Assembly: GCA_963810935.1 (NCBI GenBank) | Contig: CAWEPK010000008.1 | Span: 448,001-512,000 of the forward strand | Direction of reading: 5' to 3' | Length of the DNA stretch: 64,000 nucleotides | Source: an uncultured delta proteobacterium | Lineage (GTDB): Bacteria; Desulfobacterota; Syntrophorhabdia; Syntrophorhabdales; WCHB1-27 | Shown here: piece by piece, positions 8,847 to 20,112 of the stretch | How the letters are laid out: the number at the start of each line of letters is the position of its first letter | Numbering within the stretch: the stretch's first letter is position 1 | The notes under the pieces: model-generated | Told to the model about the DNA's origin: nothing | Seen by the model: only the letters and a program-made list of their open reading frames with translations | Databases searched by the model: none | Translations under genes and position numbers: made by a program

Positions 8847-10721
8847 TTACTCGATGGCAGGCCCCTCCGAGAGGGCCGCAAGCTTAGTCTCGAACTCCCT
8901 CGCCCTTTCCGCGTGGGCGCTCGACGCCGATTCCAATTCCGCGAACAGCCGGTCGATCATACCTTTTGCCTCATGGATCGAGACGGAGAGCGACGCAATC
9001 GCCTTGCCCTGCCCGCCGGCCGATGCGCGAACGAGCGCCGCATTGTCCTCCTCGATACGTTTTTCAAGCCCCATGATCGTCTTCTCAAGCCTGTCGATCT
9101 CCCGCGCGAGAGGCGAGAGCATGCGCGAGCGCTCGGAGATTATCCCGGCGCGCATGCGCTTGATTTCCTTCCTTTCCGCCCTCTGCACTTTCTTGACCGT
9201 CCGGTCACCCCTAACCGGCGTCACCGCCTGCTCGTCCTGCCACCCGACCCGCTCCAGGAAGTCTTCGTAACTCCCTTCGAAAAGCCACGGCGGACCGCCG
9301 TCGAAGACGACCAGGCGGTTTGCGACCGCGCGGAGGATCATCTCGCTGTGGGTCGCGAGTACAACAGCGCCCTCGAACTCGTCGATCGCCTCGATCAGGG
9401 AATCTATCGATTCCATATCCAGGTGGTTGGTTGGCTCGTCGAGCAGAAGGAGGTTGGACGGAGTAACGAGCAATTTACCCAGGAGTACCCGGCTCTTCTC
9501 CCCGCCTGAGAGCACAGTGATTTTCTTGAGTGCCAGGTTGCCCTCGAAAAGCATGAGGCCGCATATGTCGCGGCTGGACGCCCGGCTCGAATCGGTTGTC
9601 GCATGGGCGATTTCTTCTTCGACCGTTGCGTCCGGGTTGAGGCCGTCTATTCCCGCCTGCCCGAAATAACTCGTCCGTAATGCCGCAGGCCTTCCGACAT
9701 TGCCTGAAACGGGCTTCAGGCCGCCCGCCAGAAGGCCCAGGAGCGTCGTCTTTCCCTTGCCGTTCTTCCCTATAACCCCGATCCTGTCACGCCTCGCGAT
9801 AGGGAATGTCAAACCGTCTATCAGGGGGGCGCCACCGTCATAGGCAAAGCTCAAATCCCGCACTTCCATGAGCCACTTGCCTGAAAAAGGCGCTGCGGGG
9901 AACTGGAAGTCGAGCATCTTCTCGGCCTGCAGCTTCTCCAACTCCTCCTTCTTGCCGAGCATCCTGATCCGGGACTGGACCGCGCGCGCCCTGGTCGCCT
10001 GGGCACGGAAACGGTTAATGAACTGCTCCAGATCCTTCCGCTTCCGCTCGTCGTTAACACGCGTCTTCTCGTACACCTCTTCTTCCATCAGGATCTGCGC
10101 ATAGAGCTTGTGGGTCGATCCGGCTATTTTCCTTATGCCTTTCCCGTGGATGCCTATCACGTGGGTGACCGCTTCGTCCATGAAGCTCCTGTCGTGCGTG
10201 ATGAGTATGAGCTGGCTGCGCCATTCCTTGAGGAAGCGGCCCAGCCACCGGACAGACAGGATGTCCAGGTAGTTTGTCGGCTCGTCGAGGAGAAGCAGGT
10301 CCGGGCTCGACACGAGGGCCTTCGCCAGACTCAGGCGCACCTGGAAGCCGCTCGAAAGCTCAGCGGGGGGCCTGTAGAAATCGGAATCGCCGAAACCCAG
10401 GCCGGAAAGGACGGCCTTGACCTTATACGTCTCGTCCGTGCCGTCCTCGTGCCTGGGCAGCACTGATGCAGCCTCGGCAAGGACGTTAGCCTTCGCGAAT
10501 GAAAGCGTTTGGGAGAGATAGCCTATCGTATAGCCCCTGGGAATATTGAGGCTCCCCGCATCGGGCGTCTCCTCTCCGGTTATCAGCCTCAAAAGGGTCG
10601 TCTTGCCGCTGCCGTTCCTGCCGACCAGGCCGATACGCTCACCGTCCCCGACGGTGAAAGATACCTGGTCAAAAACGACCTGCGTACCATAGGTCTTCGT
10701 AAGGTTTGTTACTGAAAGCAT
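8847..10721 (-). CDS. ABC-F family ATP-binding protein
   Basis: Two Walker A motifs (GRNGSGKTT, GKNGKGKTT), LLDEPTN twice, no transmembrane segments, C-terminal coiled coil. Confidence 0.93.
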   Translation of the reverse strand: MLSVTNLTKTYGTQVVFDQVSFTVGDGERIGLVGRNGSGKTTLLRLITGEETPDAGSLNIPRGYTIGYLSQTLSFAKANVLAEAASVLPRHEDGTDETYKVKAVLSGLGFGDSDFYRPPAELSSGFQVRLSLAKALVSSPDLLLLDEPTNYLDILSVRWLGRFLKEWRSQLILITHDRSFMDEAVTHVIGIHGKGIRKIAGSTHKLYAQILMEEEVYEKTRVNDERKRKDLEQFINRFRAQATRARAVQSRIRMLGKKEELEKLQAEKMLDFQFPAAPFSGKWLMEVRDLSFAYDGGAPLIDGLTFPIARRDRIGVIGKNGKGKTTLLGLLAGGLKPVSGNVGRPAALRTSYFGQAGIDGLNPDATVEEEIAHATTDSSRASSRDICGLMLFEGNLALKKITVLSGGEKSRVLLGKLLVTPSNLLLLDEPTNHLDMESIDSLIEAIDEFEGAVVLATHSEMILRAVANRLVVFDGGPPWLFEGSYEDFLERVGWQDEQAVTPVRGDRTVKKVQRAERKEIKRMRAGIISERSRMLSPLAREIDRLEKTIMGLEKRIEEDNAALVRASAGGQGKAIASLSVSIHEAKGMIDRLFAELESASSAHAERAREFETKLAALSEGPAIE

Positions 10722-10929
10722 AGGGATTCCCGGCCGAAAAGAAGATGTCGCAAAACGGAATATAGTCTACACGAGACAAGACTGAAGTGCAACCGGGGGC
10801 AAAACCCAGATAGTTATTGCGCGAGGGGCGATTACACATTAAAATTGGGTAATGGACGGTGAAAAAAACCCAAGGCCGGCCGCGATTACGCCGGAGTTTT
10901 CGTCGCCGGCGGGACCAGGAGGAAAACTT

Positions 10930-11349
10930 ATGAAGACCGCGATTCTTGTCTCTATTATAGTCCTTTTGTTTGTCACTGCCGCCCCGGCGGAGGAGAAGTC
11001 GCCCAGGGCGATGACGGACGGTTTCTTCCGCCTGCTTATGGAGGACAAGGCGCCCCAGGCGTTCGATCTAGTCTTTTCCGGCTCGCCGGTCACCAAGCTG
11101 AAGCCCGAGGAATCGGACATACTGAAGCAGCAGACCCATGACTCGCTGGCGGCCAACGGCAAAATCCTGGGATACGAGCTTATCAAGGAAGAGAGATTCG
11201 GAGGCTCGCTCGTCCGCCTCGTATACCTGCTGAAATCGGAGACGATCCCCACCGTCTGGCAATTCGTTTTCTACAAGCCCAAGGCCGATTGGTTTCTGCT
11301 GGGCATCACTTTTTTCGATGACGCGAACGGCCTTGACATCATGCGCTAG
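10930..11349 (+). CDS. Exported hypothetical protein
   Basis: AGGAGG SD, signal peptide MKTAILVSIIVLLFVTAAPA, 139 aa. Confidence 0.7.
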   Translation: MKTAILVSIIVLLFVTAAPAEEKSPRAMTDGFFRLLMEDKAPQAFDLVFSGSPVTKLKPEESDILKQQTHDSLAANGKILGYELIKEERFGGSLVRLVYLLKSETIPTVWQFVFYKPKADWFLLGITFFDDANGLDIMR

Positions 11350-11468
11350 CACCCGGACGCAAACAAAGCGCGCGAAGCCCCGGCTCATCCTTCGCCTTAC
11401 AACGGCTTGACGAATAGGCCAATAAGGGGTTATATTCTTAGTCGAAGTTAGGCAGGAGGTCGTTATAA

Positions 11469-11789
11469 ATGCCCATTTACGAATATGAATGCTCGGGTTG
11501 CGGCAAGCGGTTCGAAATATTCCAGAAAATCTCGGAAGAGCCGCTAAAAGAATGCAATGCCTGCGGAGGCCGTCTCAACAGGCTTATCTCTATGTGCTCC
11601 TTTCAGCTCAAAGGTACCGGCTGGTACGTGACCGACTACAAGTCGCCGGTCGATGGCGCCAAAGGCAACGGGCACAAACACGATACGAACAAGGCCGACG
11701 ATAAGGCGGCAAAGACGGAGAAAACCGAATCGAAGTCCGAAGCCAAGCCGGAGAGCACAAAAAGCGAAGCAAGTGGAGGAGCTGCATGA
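11469..11789 (+). CDS. FmdB-family zinc-ribbon regulatory protein
   Basis: [12 protein letters not shown]...CNACGG...[13 protein letters not shown] with a low-complexity tail; TTGACG/TATATT promoter-like sequence at 11407-11436. Confidence 0.9.
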   Translation: MPIYEYECSGCGKRFEIFQKISEEPLKECNACGGRLNRLISMCSFQLKGTGWYVTDYKSPVDGAKGNGHKHDTNKADDKAAKTEKTESKSEAKPESTKSEASGGAA

Positions 11790-11945
11790 AAGCTGGAGAC
11801 AAGGTCAAATTTCCCTTCGGCAAGAAGGGTGAGATGGAAGGCATAGTCGACCGGGTGTTCGAGAAAAGCTGTCTATATCCGCGCAGACATGCCGAGGCAA
11901 AAAGGCAAAATCATCAGAAGAAAGGTCAGCGACATAAAAGCCTAA
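11786..11945 (+). CDS. Small basic hypothetical protein (~52 aa), probable extra A in an AAAA run
   Basis: ATGA overlap with the fmdB-like gene; removing one A at 11864-11867 gives [56 protein letters not shown]. Confidence 0.6.
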
Positions 11946-12008
11946 AATTCGTTAAGACGCAGCCCCAGCCGGTCCTCAAAAAAATTTCATCTCTCACCGT
12001 AAAATTCC

Positions 12009-12038
12009 TTGACATGCTCGCGGTTCGTGTTATACGAT
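12009..12038 (+). promoter_or_regulatory. Sigma70-like promoter candidate
   Basis: TTGACA at 12009 with TATACG/TACGAT 16-18 nt downstream. Confidence 0.5.
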
Positions 12039-12195
12039 GTACTCCTACGTATAGTACAACCGGACCGAAGGCGATGCCGGGTTTAAGCTTTAGCAAAACC
12101 GGGCGCTTTCGTCGCATGTTTAACGCAGAAGAGTGGGCTGTGATACGTCCTCGCCTCTATCGGGGAGAGGACAAGGGCGCCGGACGAAGGGGGCC

Positions 12196-12645
12196 ATGAA
12201 GAACTTCGCAATCGCCGAGATCGGCTGCGCAACCGCGCTGCTTGCGCTGCTCGTTACACCCGGTACGGCTAATATGGATCACAAGCCCGCATTGCGCCTG
12301 TCGGCAGGGTCGATCGCCGGTAACGCCAAGATAATCAACGAGTCACCCCGCTCATGCTTCCGCGTCGATTCACGCGGGAAATGCTACGTGCCCGTCTGGT
12401 CGATAGGGGCTGCTGCTCCGGACTCTCCCCGGGCAGGCATCGCACTGCCGAGCCTCGACACTGTCTACTATGTCGATTCCGCAGAAAACGGTTTTACGGG
12501 CATCCCGTTCGCCGGGACCGAAAAGTCATGGCCGGCAGACACGTTCGACATCAGCTTCGCCCAGGTCTCTTTCCCCTCCACCGTGCTGCTCTTCGGCGCG
12601 GGCCTGCTTGCGCTTGTTGGCTTCCGGAAGCGATTCAACAAATAA
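12196..12645 (+). CDS. Small exported protein with a PEP-CTERM-like sorting tail
   Basis: Signal peptide; C-terminus VSFPSTVLLFGAGLLALVGFRKRFNK (Pro motif, TM helix, basic cluster). Confidence 0.7.
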   Translation: MKNFAIAEIGCATALLALLVTPGTANMDHKPALRLSAGSIAGNAKIINESPRSCFRVDSRGKCYVPVWSIGAAAPDSPRAGIALPSLDTVYYVDSAENGFTGIPFAGTEKSWPADTFDISFAQVSFPSTVLLFGAGLLALVGFRKRFNK

Positions 12646-12668
12646 TAACGGCGGTTTTTTACAACCTT

Positions 12669-15600
12669 TTACTTGTAGTAGTCCTGCAGCGGCTTCACCC
12701 TCAGGTCGCCCTTCTTCATCGTCTCTATGGCGTTCACTACGGCCTGGGCTCCGGAGATAGTCGTCGTGTAGGGTATCTTGTACTGCACCGCGCCGGCCCT
12801 GATGAGCACCTCGTCGTTCTTGGGCTTCCTTCCCGAAGGTGTGTTTATGATGAGGTGGATCTCACCGTTCTTTATCATATCGACCACATGCGGCCTGCCT
12901 TCGGAGACCTTGTTCACCATGGTCGTGTCGATGCCGCTGTTCGCCAGTATCTTCCCCGTCCCCCTCGTCGCGTAGATCCTGAAGCCGAGGTCGGAAAGCT
13001 TTTTTGCGATGAAGACCACGTTCCTTTTGTCCTGGTTCTTGACGCTTAAGAACACGTTGCCGTCGAAAGGCAGGTTCTGCCCGGCCCCAAGCTGCGCCTT
13101 CCAGAAGGCCGCCCCGAAGTTGGTGTCGATGCCCATGACCTCGCCGGTGGATTTCATCTCGGGCCCGAGTATCGTATCGACGCCGAAGAACTTGTTGAAG
13201 GGGAAGACTGACTCCTTGACCGCTATGTAATCGATCCCCACCTCGCCCTTGATCCCTACGTCCGGCAGCTTCAGCCCCGTCATTACCTTCGCCGCGGCTT
13301 TCGCCCACTGGACGCCCGTAGCCTTGCTCACGAAAGGCACGGTGCGCGACGCCCTCGGGTTGACTTCCAGCACGTAAACCACGTCGTTCTTGACTGCGTA
13401 CTGGATATTCATGAGGCCGATAACGTTCAGCTCTTTCGCAAGCTGCTGGGTGTTGGACTTGATCCGCTCTATGAGGTCGTCGCTCAATGAATACGGCGGC
13501 AGGGCGCAGGCGCTGTCGCCCGAGTGGATGCCCGCCTCCTCGATATGCTCCATGATCCCCGCTACGACGCAATGCTCCCCGTCTGCGACAGCGTCCACGT
13601 CGATCTCGATAGCGTCCTCCAGGAACTTGTCTATGAGGATGGGCAGGTCGGGGGAGGCCTCATACGCCTTCTCCACGAATGACTCGAGGTCTGCCTCCGC
13701 GTAGACGATCTCCATCGCCCGCCCCCCGAGCACGTACGACGGCCGGACCACGATGGGGTAGCCTATCACGCGGGCCACTTCCTTGGCCTCCGCGAACGAC
13801 GTAGCGATGCCGTTCTCCGGCTGGGTCAGCTTAAGCTTCTTGAGAAGGGCCTTGAATTTCTCGCGGTCCTCGGCAATGTCGATGCTCTCCGGGGTAGTCC
13901 CTATGATGCGGACGCCCGCCTTCTTGAGGGAAACGGCAAGGTTGAGGGGCGTCTGCCCGCCGAACTGGACGATGACGCCGTCGGGCTTCTCCCTGCTCGC
14001 GATGTCGAGGACGTTCTCGAGTGTCAGCGGCTCGAAATAGAGCTTGTCGGAGGTATCGTAATCGGTGCTCACCGTCTCGGGGTTGCTGTTGACCATGATC
14101 GTCTCGTAGCCCAGCTCTTTCAGCGCCAGGGCCGCGTGGACGCAGCAGTAATCGAACTCGATGCCCTGCCCTATCCTGTTCGGCCCTCCGCCCAGGATCA
14201 TGATCTTCTTCCTGTCGGAATCGCGCGACTCGTTCTCGGATTCGTAGGTCGAGTAATAATAAGGCGTGTACGCCTCGAACTCGGCCGCGCAGGTATCGAC
14301 GAGCTTGAAGACGCTCGCAATCCCGTGCTCCAGTCTCCATTTGCGCACTTCCGCCTCGCCGACGCCGAGGATCAGGCCTATCTGCCTGTCGGAATATCCG
14401 TAGCGCTTCGCCCGCAGCATCAGATCGACGGAGATGCCTTCACGCCCGGAGAAAAGAGGCAGGTCGCTGCGCTCCGCCCTAAGCTCATTCTCGAACGTTA
14501 CGAGCTCCTCGATGTTCTTGAGGAACCAGCGGTCCACCTTCGACAGGTTGTATATCTCTTCGATATCCATGCCCGCCCTGAAGGCGTACCGGATGTAATA
14601 GACCCTGTCCTTATTGGGGACGATCAGCTTTTGCCGTATAACCTCCAGGTCATCCGGCCCCTCGGGGTGGCGGTCGTCGATGATGCCGTGCGTGCCCGTC
14701 TCCAGCGACCGGAAGCCTTTCTGCAGGGCCTCCTTGAACGTCCTGCCTATGGCCATCGCCTCGCCCACCGACTTCATCGAGACGGTCAGCGTCTCATCGG
14801 CGCCCTTGAACTTCTCGAAGGTGAACCTGGGCACCTTGACTACGCAGTAGTCGATGGTCGGCTCGAAGGAGGCAGGGGTCTTCTTGGTGATGTCGTTCGG
14901 TATCTCGTCGAGGGTATAGCCGACTGCGAGCTTCGCCGCTATCTTCGCGATGGGGAACCCTGTGGCCTTCGAGGCGAGGGCTGAGCTTCTGGAGACCCTG
15001 GGGTTCATCTCGATGACGACCATGCGGCCGGTGTCGGGATGGACCGCGAACTGGATGTTCGACCCGCCTGTCTCTACGCCTATCTCGCGTATGATGGCGA
15101 CGGCGGCGTCCCTCATGATGTGGTATTCCTTGTCGCTCAGGGTCTGGGCCGGGGCCACGGTGATCGAGTCGCCCGTGTGGACGCCCATAGCGTCGAAATT
15201 CTCTATCGAGCAGACGATGACTACGTTGTCCTTCTTGTCCCGCATCACCTCCAGCTCGTACTCTTTCCAGCCGATAACGGACTCCTCGATGAGGATCTCG
15301 TTTATCATGCTGCTCTCTATGCCCCTGGCCGCCAGGGCCTCGAACTCCTCGACGTTGTAAGCCACGGAAGCGCCCGTCCCGCCCAGAGTGTAGCTCGGCC
15401 GGATGATCGCGGGAAAGCCTATCTCCTTTACGACCTTCCGCGCCTCTTCCACGCTGTAGGCAAAGCCCGAAGTGGGTATCTCAAGGCCGATCCTTTCCAT
15501 GGCCGCCTTGAACTCCTCCCTGTCCTCGGCCTTTTTAATGGCCGCGTAGTCGGCGCCGATAAGCTCGACTTTGTACTTTTCGAGCACGCCCCTCTCTGCG

Positions 15601-15905
15601 AGGATCGTAGCCAGGTTGAGCCCTGTCTGGCCGCCGAGGGTCGGCAGGAGCGCATCGGGCCTCTCCGCCTTGATGATCGCCTCAAGCACCTCCGGTATCA
15701 GCGGCTCGACGTACGTCCTGTCGGCCATGGTCGGGTCGGTCATGATGGTGGCGGGGTTGCTGTTGATGAGGATGATCTTGTAACCCTCTTCGCGGAGCGC
15801 CTTGCACGCCTGGCTCCCCGAGTAGTCGAACTCGCACGCCTGGCCGATCACTATAGGCCCCGACCCGATGAGAAATATGCTTTTAATGTCTTTCCTCTTA
15901 GGCAT
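12669..15905 (-). CDS. carB: Carbamoyl-phosphate synthase large subunit
   Basis: [30 protein letters not shown]; duplicated ATP-grasp domains; MGS domain; 1078 aa. Confidence 0.99.
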   Translation of the reverse strand: MPKRKDIKSIFLIGSGPIVIGQACEFDYSGSQACKALREEGYKIILINSNPATIMTDPTMADRTYVEPLIPEVLEAIIKAERPDALLPTLGGQTGLNLATILAERGVLEKYKVELIGADYAAIKKAEDREEFKAAMERIGLEIPTSGFAYSVEEARKVVKEIGFPAIIRPSYTLGGTGASVAYNVEEFEALAARGIESSMINEILIEESVIGWKEYELEVMRDKKDNVVIVCSIENFDAMGVHTGDSITVAPAQTLSDKEYHIMRDAAVAIIREIGVETGGSNIQFAVHPDTGRMVVIEMNPRVSRSSALASKATGFPIAKIAAKLAVGYTLDEIPNDITKKTPASFEPTIDYCVVKVPRFTFEKFKGADETLTVSMKSVGEAMAIGRTFKEALQKGFRSLETGTHGIIDDRHPEGPDDLEVIRQKLIVPNKDRVYYIRYAFRAGMDIEEIYNLSKVDRWFLKNIEELVTFENELRAERSDLPLFSGREGISVDLMLRAKRYGYSDRQIGLILGVGEAEVRKWRLEHGIASVFKLVDTCAAEFEAYTPYYYSTYESENESRDSDRKKIMILGGGPNRIGQGIEFDYCCVHAALALKELGYETIMVNSNPETVSTDYDTSDKLYFEPLTLENVLDIASREKPDGVIVQFGGQTPLNLAVSLKKAGVRIIGTTPESIDIAEDREKFKALLKKLKLTQPENGIATSFAEAKEVARVIGYPIVVRPSYVLGGRAMEIVYAEADLESFVEKAYEASPDLPILIDKFLEDAIEIDVDAVADGEHCVVAGIMEHIEEAGIHSGDSACALPPYSLSDDLIERIKSNTQQLAKELNVIGLMNIQYAVKNDVVYVLEVNPRASRTVPFVSKATGVQWAKAAAKVMTGLKLPDVGIKGEVGIDYIAVKESVFPFNKFFGVDTILGPEMKSTGEVMGIDTNFGAAFWKAQLGAGQNLPFDGNVFLSVKNQDKRNVVFIAKKLSDLGFRIYATRGTGKILANSGIDTTMVNKVSEGRPHVVDMIKNGEIHLIINTPSGRKPKNDEVLIRAGAVQYKIPYTTTISGAQAVVNAIETMKKGDLRVKPLQDYYK

Positions 15906-16995
15906 GGCGCTCCTTCCTGAATGCCTCCATGTATTGCCTGAATTTATGAAAGAGATAGTAAGAATCGTGGGGTCCGGGCGACGCCTCGGGGTGGAACTGG
16001 ACCGAAAAAATAGGATAGATCTCGTGCTCCATGCCTTCGAGGGTGCCGTCGTTCAGGTTGACGTGCGTGGCCTTTACGGATTTACCGTCGAGCGACTTCA
16101 TATCGACCGCGAACCCGTGGTTCTCCGATGTTATGTAGACCCTGCCCGACGATAGCTCTTTCACGGGCTGGTTGCCGCCCCTGTGGCCGAACTTCAGCTT
16201 GTACGTCTTGCCCCCGTACGCAAGGCCGAGAAGCTGCTGGCCGAAGCAGATGCCGAAGATGGGCGCCTTGCCGAAGAGCTTCCTTATCTCCACGACGATA
16301 TCGGGGACACCCTCGGGGTCGCCGGGGCCGTTCGACAAAAGGACGCCGTCCGGCGAGTACGAGAGAATATCGGCGGCACTCGTGCGCGCAGGCACGACGA
16401 TCACCCGGCACCCGGCCTTCTTCAACATGCGGGGTATGTTCATCTTCACGCCGAAGTCCATTACGACTACCGTAAAGTCCCCGCCGTCGCCTTCGAAGAC
16501 GTAAGGCGCGGGGCATGTAACGCCGGCCACCAGGTCGATGCCTAAGATGCCGGTCGATCTCCCGGCCCTCGCGACAAGGCTATCACGGTCGAGGTCCGCG
16601 GTCGATACCATTGCCTTCATCGCGCCTTTTTCCCGGATATGCTTCGTCAGGGCCCGTGTATCCACCTCTTCGATGGCCATGATCCCGTGGCGGGAGAGGT
16701 AGTCGAGAAGGCCTTCCGTCGCGCGGTGGTTACTCGTGATCTTGCTGAACTCCCTTGCTATGAAGCCCGCGACCTTCGGACCCCCCGATTCCACGTCCTC
16801 CTCGTTGACTCCGTAGTTGCCTATCAGCGGGTATGTCATCGTGACTATCTGGCCGCGATACGAAGGGTCGGTCAGGATCTCCTGGTAACCCGTCATGCTC
16901 GTGTTGAACACGAGCTCGCCTTCCGTTTCCCCCGTAAGGCCCGAAGACCTGCCTTCGAAGCAGGTCCCATCCTCAAGCGCGATCAACGCCTTCAT
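15898..16995 (-). CDS. carA: Carbamoyl-phosphate synthase small subunit
   Basis: [56 protein letters not shown] overlap with the upstream gene. Confidence 0.98.
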   Translation of the reverse strand: MKALIALEDGTCFEGRSSGLTGETEGELVFNTSMTGYQEILTDPSYRGQIVTMTYPLIGNYGVNEEDVESGGPKVAGFIAREFSKITSNHRATEGLLDYLSRHGIMAIEEVDTRALTKHIREKGAMKAMVSTADLDRDSLVARAGRSTGILGIDLVAGVTCPAPYVFEGDGGDFTVVVMDFGVKMNIPRMLKKAGCRVIVVPARTSAADILSYSPDGVLLSNGPGDPEGVPDIVVEIRKLFGKAPIFGICFGQQLLGLAYGGKTYKLKFGHRGGNQPVKELSSGRVYITSENHGFAVDMKSLDGKSVKATHVNLNDGTLEGMEHEIYPIFSVQFHPEASPGPHDSYYLFHKFRQYMEAFRKERHA

Positions 16996-17666
16996 GCTTT
17001 TCCTCCGCAGGCCTTCACGCAAAGACCGCATATATGATGTCCAAGGTTCCTCTTATTCTTGAATTCCCGCAGCATTTCGTAACACCCTTTATGGTCGAAG
17101 CCGGAAGGGTCCGCCCCGATCGACGAAGCCGGGCAAGCTCTGGCGCAGGCCGAGCAATGCCCGCAGCCGAAATCGAGCTGCGCATCAGGCACAAGCTCCA
17201 TATCGGTCAGTACCGTATTGAGCCGGAGCCTCCCGCCGTGCCTGGGATGGACCAGGAGGTTGTTCCGCCCTATCCAGCCAAGCCCCGCGGCTACCGCAAT
17301 GTGCTTGTGCGATATGTGGCCCCTCTGGCCCTGCCAGTCGACCATCTGGCTGGCGGCAAAGGGCAGCGCACTTACGCCCTCCCCCTCAAGCTTCCTTGCA
17401 AGCTCGTAAGCGATAATGTCGAGCCTGTAGTTCACCTGCCTGTAATGGTGCAGGTAAAACGGGGTCGGCCCGTCCGTCAGCGTGGCAAAAACGCCTTTCG
17501 GCACAAGCAGCCCGAAGGAGATTGCGAAGGGGTATTTTTCGCGGACCGTATCTCCCAGGTCGAGGAGATGCCTGTCGTAGGATGCCAGCGCCGCAACCCC
17601 CGACACGTCCGCGCCCATACCCCCAAGGAGGCCCTTTATGGCGACCGTTCTCTCTTCCCCTGTCAC
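16992..17666 (-). CDS. QueG/reductive-dehalogenase-like cobalamin Fe-S protein
   Basis: [20 protein letters not shown]...[33 protein letters not shown] 17666 overlaps the mnmG stop. Confidence 0.75.
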   Translation of the reverse strand: MTGEERTVAIKGLLGGMGADVSGVAALASYDRHLLDLGDTVREKYPFAISFGLLVPKGVFATLTDGPTPFYLHHYRQVNYRLDIIAYELARKLEGEGVSALPFAASQMVDWQGQRGHISHKHIAVAAGLGWIGRNNLLVHPRHGGRLRLNTVLTDMELVPDAQLDFGCGHCSACARACPASSIGADPSGFDHKGCYEMLREFKNKRNLGHHICGLCVKACGGKA

Positions 17667-19522
17667 AGCGTCCCCATCTTTTTGAAATGGACGAGGAGCG
17701 CCGCCACCGAGGCCGGGGTAACGCCGGGGATGCGCGCCGCCTGCCCCAACGAAAGGGGGCACACCCTGGAGAGTTTTTCGACCACTTCCCGAGACAGGCC
17801 GGACACCTCCCCGTAAGCGATGTCGGCCGGTATCAGCCTGTCCTCCAGCCTTCTTGCCCTCGCGACCATTTCCTTCTGTCTGTCCGTATAGCCCCTATAT
17901 TTTATATTCAACTCAACCTGATAAGCAATCTCCTCCGGGAAGGCCCCTAACCGCCCGTCCAGGGGGGCGATATCGGCCATGGAGACTTCCGGCCTCTTGA
18001 GCAGCTCCTCTAAGGTCGTGGGGTTCTTGATCGGCTCCATTCCGAGCGATGCCAGACGCCCGTTGAAGTCCCTGGAAGGCCGGAGCCTCGCCGATGAGAG
18101 AAGCCCGGACAGGGCTTCTATCTGCCCCTTCTTTTCGGCTACGCGCGCCGCCCGCCCTTCCGAGACAACCCCCAGCCTGTAACCCTTTTCGGTGAGCCGC
18201 AGGTCCGCGTTGTCTTCCCTCAGGAAAAGGCGGTACTCGGCCCGCGACGTGAACATCCTGTAAGGCTCGTCAACACCCCGCGTCACAAGATCGTCAATCA
18301 TGACGCCCATATACGCTTCTTCCCTGCCGGGGACGAAGGTCTCGCCCGCCCCCCGTGCGTTAAGCGCCGCGTTGACGCCCGCGATAAGCCCCTGTGCCGC
18401 CGCCTCTTCGTAGCCCGTCGTCCCGTTGATCTGCCCGGCGCAGAAAAGGCCGGGTACACGCTTCGTCTCAAGGGTGGGCATGAGCTGGGTGGGGTAGACG
18501 AAATCATACTCGATGGCATAGCCCGGCCGGGTGACTTCCGCAGCCTCGAGCCCCGGTATCGTATGGAGCATCCCGATCTGGACGTCCAGGGGGAGGCTCG
18601 TCGAAAGACCGTTCGGGTAATACTCGACCGTATCGCAACCTTCCGGCTCCAGGAAAACCTGGTGGCGCACCCGCTCGCTGAACCGGACGACCTTATCCTC
18701 TATCGAGGGGCAGTACCTGACGCCCGTGCCTTTGATCCTGCCCGCGTAGAGAGGCGAGCGCGGCAGGGCGTTCCGGATGATATCGTGCGTTTTCTCGTTC
18801 GTATAGGTGATGTAACAGGCGACAAGGCCCCTGTCGATGCTCTCCGTAAGGAAAGAGAACGGGCGCGCCGGCTCGTCGCTGTATTGCGGGGTGAGGCCCG
18901 AAAAATCGATGGTGCGGCCGTCGAGCCTGGGGCACGTGCCCGTCTTCAGCCTTCCCAGCTCGAAGCCAAGCTCCGTAAGGGAGGCAGACAGGCCGTGGGA
19001 GGCCGCATCGCCCATCCTTCCGCCGGGCGCGCTGTCGAAGCCTATGTGCATGAGGCCGTTCAGGAAGGTGCCGGTCGTCAGGACGACGCACTTGCCCTCG
19101 ATGCGCTCGCCCCATGCAGTCTCGACGCCTGCTGCACGGCCGTCTTTGCATATCAGCCGCTCGGCCGCCGCCTGCCAAAGCCGCACGTTGGGCTGGTTTT
19201 CCATTACCCTCTTCATGGCCAATGAATACAGGGCCTTGTCCGCCTGGACGCGCGTTGCCCGGACCGCCGGCCCCTTCTTCATGTTGAGCGTCCGGAACTG
19301 GATGCCCGTCTCGTCGGTTACGCGGGCCATTACCCCGTCGAGGGCGTCGATCTCCTTGACGAGGTGGCCTTTACCGACGCCGCCGACAGCCGGGTTGCAC
19401 GACATATGTGCCACCCGGTCCAGGCTCATCGTCAGAAGGAGCGTGCTCGCGCCCATACGGCCGGCCGCAAGTGCAGCTTCGCAACCCGCGTGTCCCGCGC
19501 CAATCACGATGACATCATACAT
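17663..19522 (-). CDS. mnmG: tRNA uridine-5-carboxymethylaminomethyl modification enzyme MnmG (GidA)
   Basis: [65 protein letters not shown]. Confidence 0.99.
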   Translation of the reverse strand: MYDVIVIGAGHAGCEAALAAGRMGASTLLLTMSLDRVAHMSCNPAVGGVGKGHLVKEIDALDGVMARVTDETGIQFRTLNMKKGPAVRATRVQADKALYSLAMKRVMENQPNVRLWQAAAERLICKDGRAAGVETAWGERIEGKCVVLTTGTFLNGLMHIGFDSAPGGRMGDAASHGLSASLTELGFELGRLKTGTCPRLDGRTIDFSGLTPQYSDEPARPFSFLTESIDRGLVACYITYTNEKTHDIIRNALPRSPLYAGRIKGTGVRYCPSIEDKVVRFSERVRHQVFLEPEGCDTVEYYPNGLSTSLPLDVQIGMLHTIPGLEAAEVTRPGYAIEYDFVYPTQLMPTLETKRVPGLFCAGQINGTTGYEEAAAQGLIAGVNAALNARGAGETFVPGREEAYMGVMIDDLVTRGVDEPYRMFTSRAEYRLFLREDNADLRLTEKGYRLGVVSEGRAARVAEKKGQIEALSGLLSSARLRPSRDFNGRLASLGMEPIKNPTTLEELLKRPEVSMADIAPLDGRLGAFPEEIAYQVELNIKYRGYTDRQKEMVARARRLEDRLIPADIAYGEVSGLSREVVEKLSRVCPLSLGQAARIPGVTPASVAALLVHFKKMGTL

Positions 19523-19640
19523 GCAGAGGTTCTTCCTTTGGTAGACGGAAAGGATGACAAACTGAGATTAGCCTGCCGTCGGCTACCTCAAAATTATATA
19601 TGATCCGGCGAAGGAAATCTATAGCCTCGAAGGGTCGGGC

Positions 19641-19761
19641 GGCCGTGATCTTTTCGCACCTTTCGCGTCGATTTCTCGGGCGCGAGTCCTCACGTACACA
19701 AACCGTACGCCGGTTCGCTTCGTCGAAAAGCAATGCGAAATCCATCGAAAACCTCCCGGCC
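19641..19761 (-). repeat. Dispersed irregular hairpin element, copy A (121 nt)
   Basis: Minus strand: GGCCGGGAGGTTTTCG...GCGTAC-N7-GTACGTGAG...GCGAAAAGATCACGGCC. Confidence 0.8.
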
Positions 19762-20112
19762 GGGGAAACGCCTTACCGAGGTACGTCTGTTACTCTTCAT
19801 AAGCAATCAGCCCCATATTTTCAAGCCTGTAGGAAAAGAAGCACGGTAACTGATGAGAATTGAAAGAGGCCGTTAGCTATATGCCCTTTGGTAGGGCACG
19901 GCGGATCGCAGAAGTCCCAGCCCATCGACGTTGGAGTTCGAATTGTTCGGCCAAGTGAGCCGCATATTTTTACAGTTATGGGTGAGATTAGTGTATGGTA
20001 TGATTAACTGCGAAAGCAGGTTAGCAAGTGTAAACAATGCGTACTAATGTGCCTATTGGCATTTTTGCGCCAAGCGAGCAAAATTGGTCGGCAATTCTGA
20101 AAACAGATCTGG

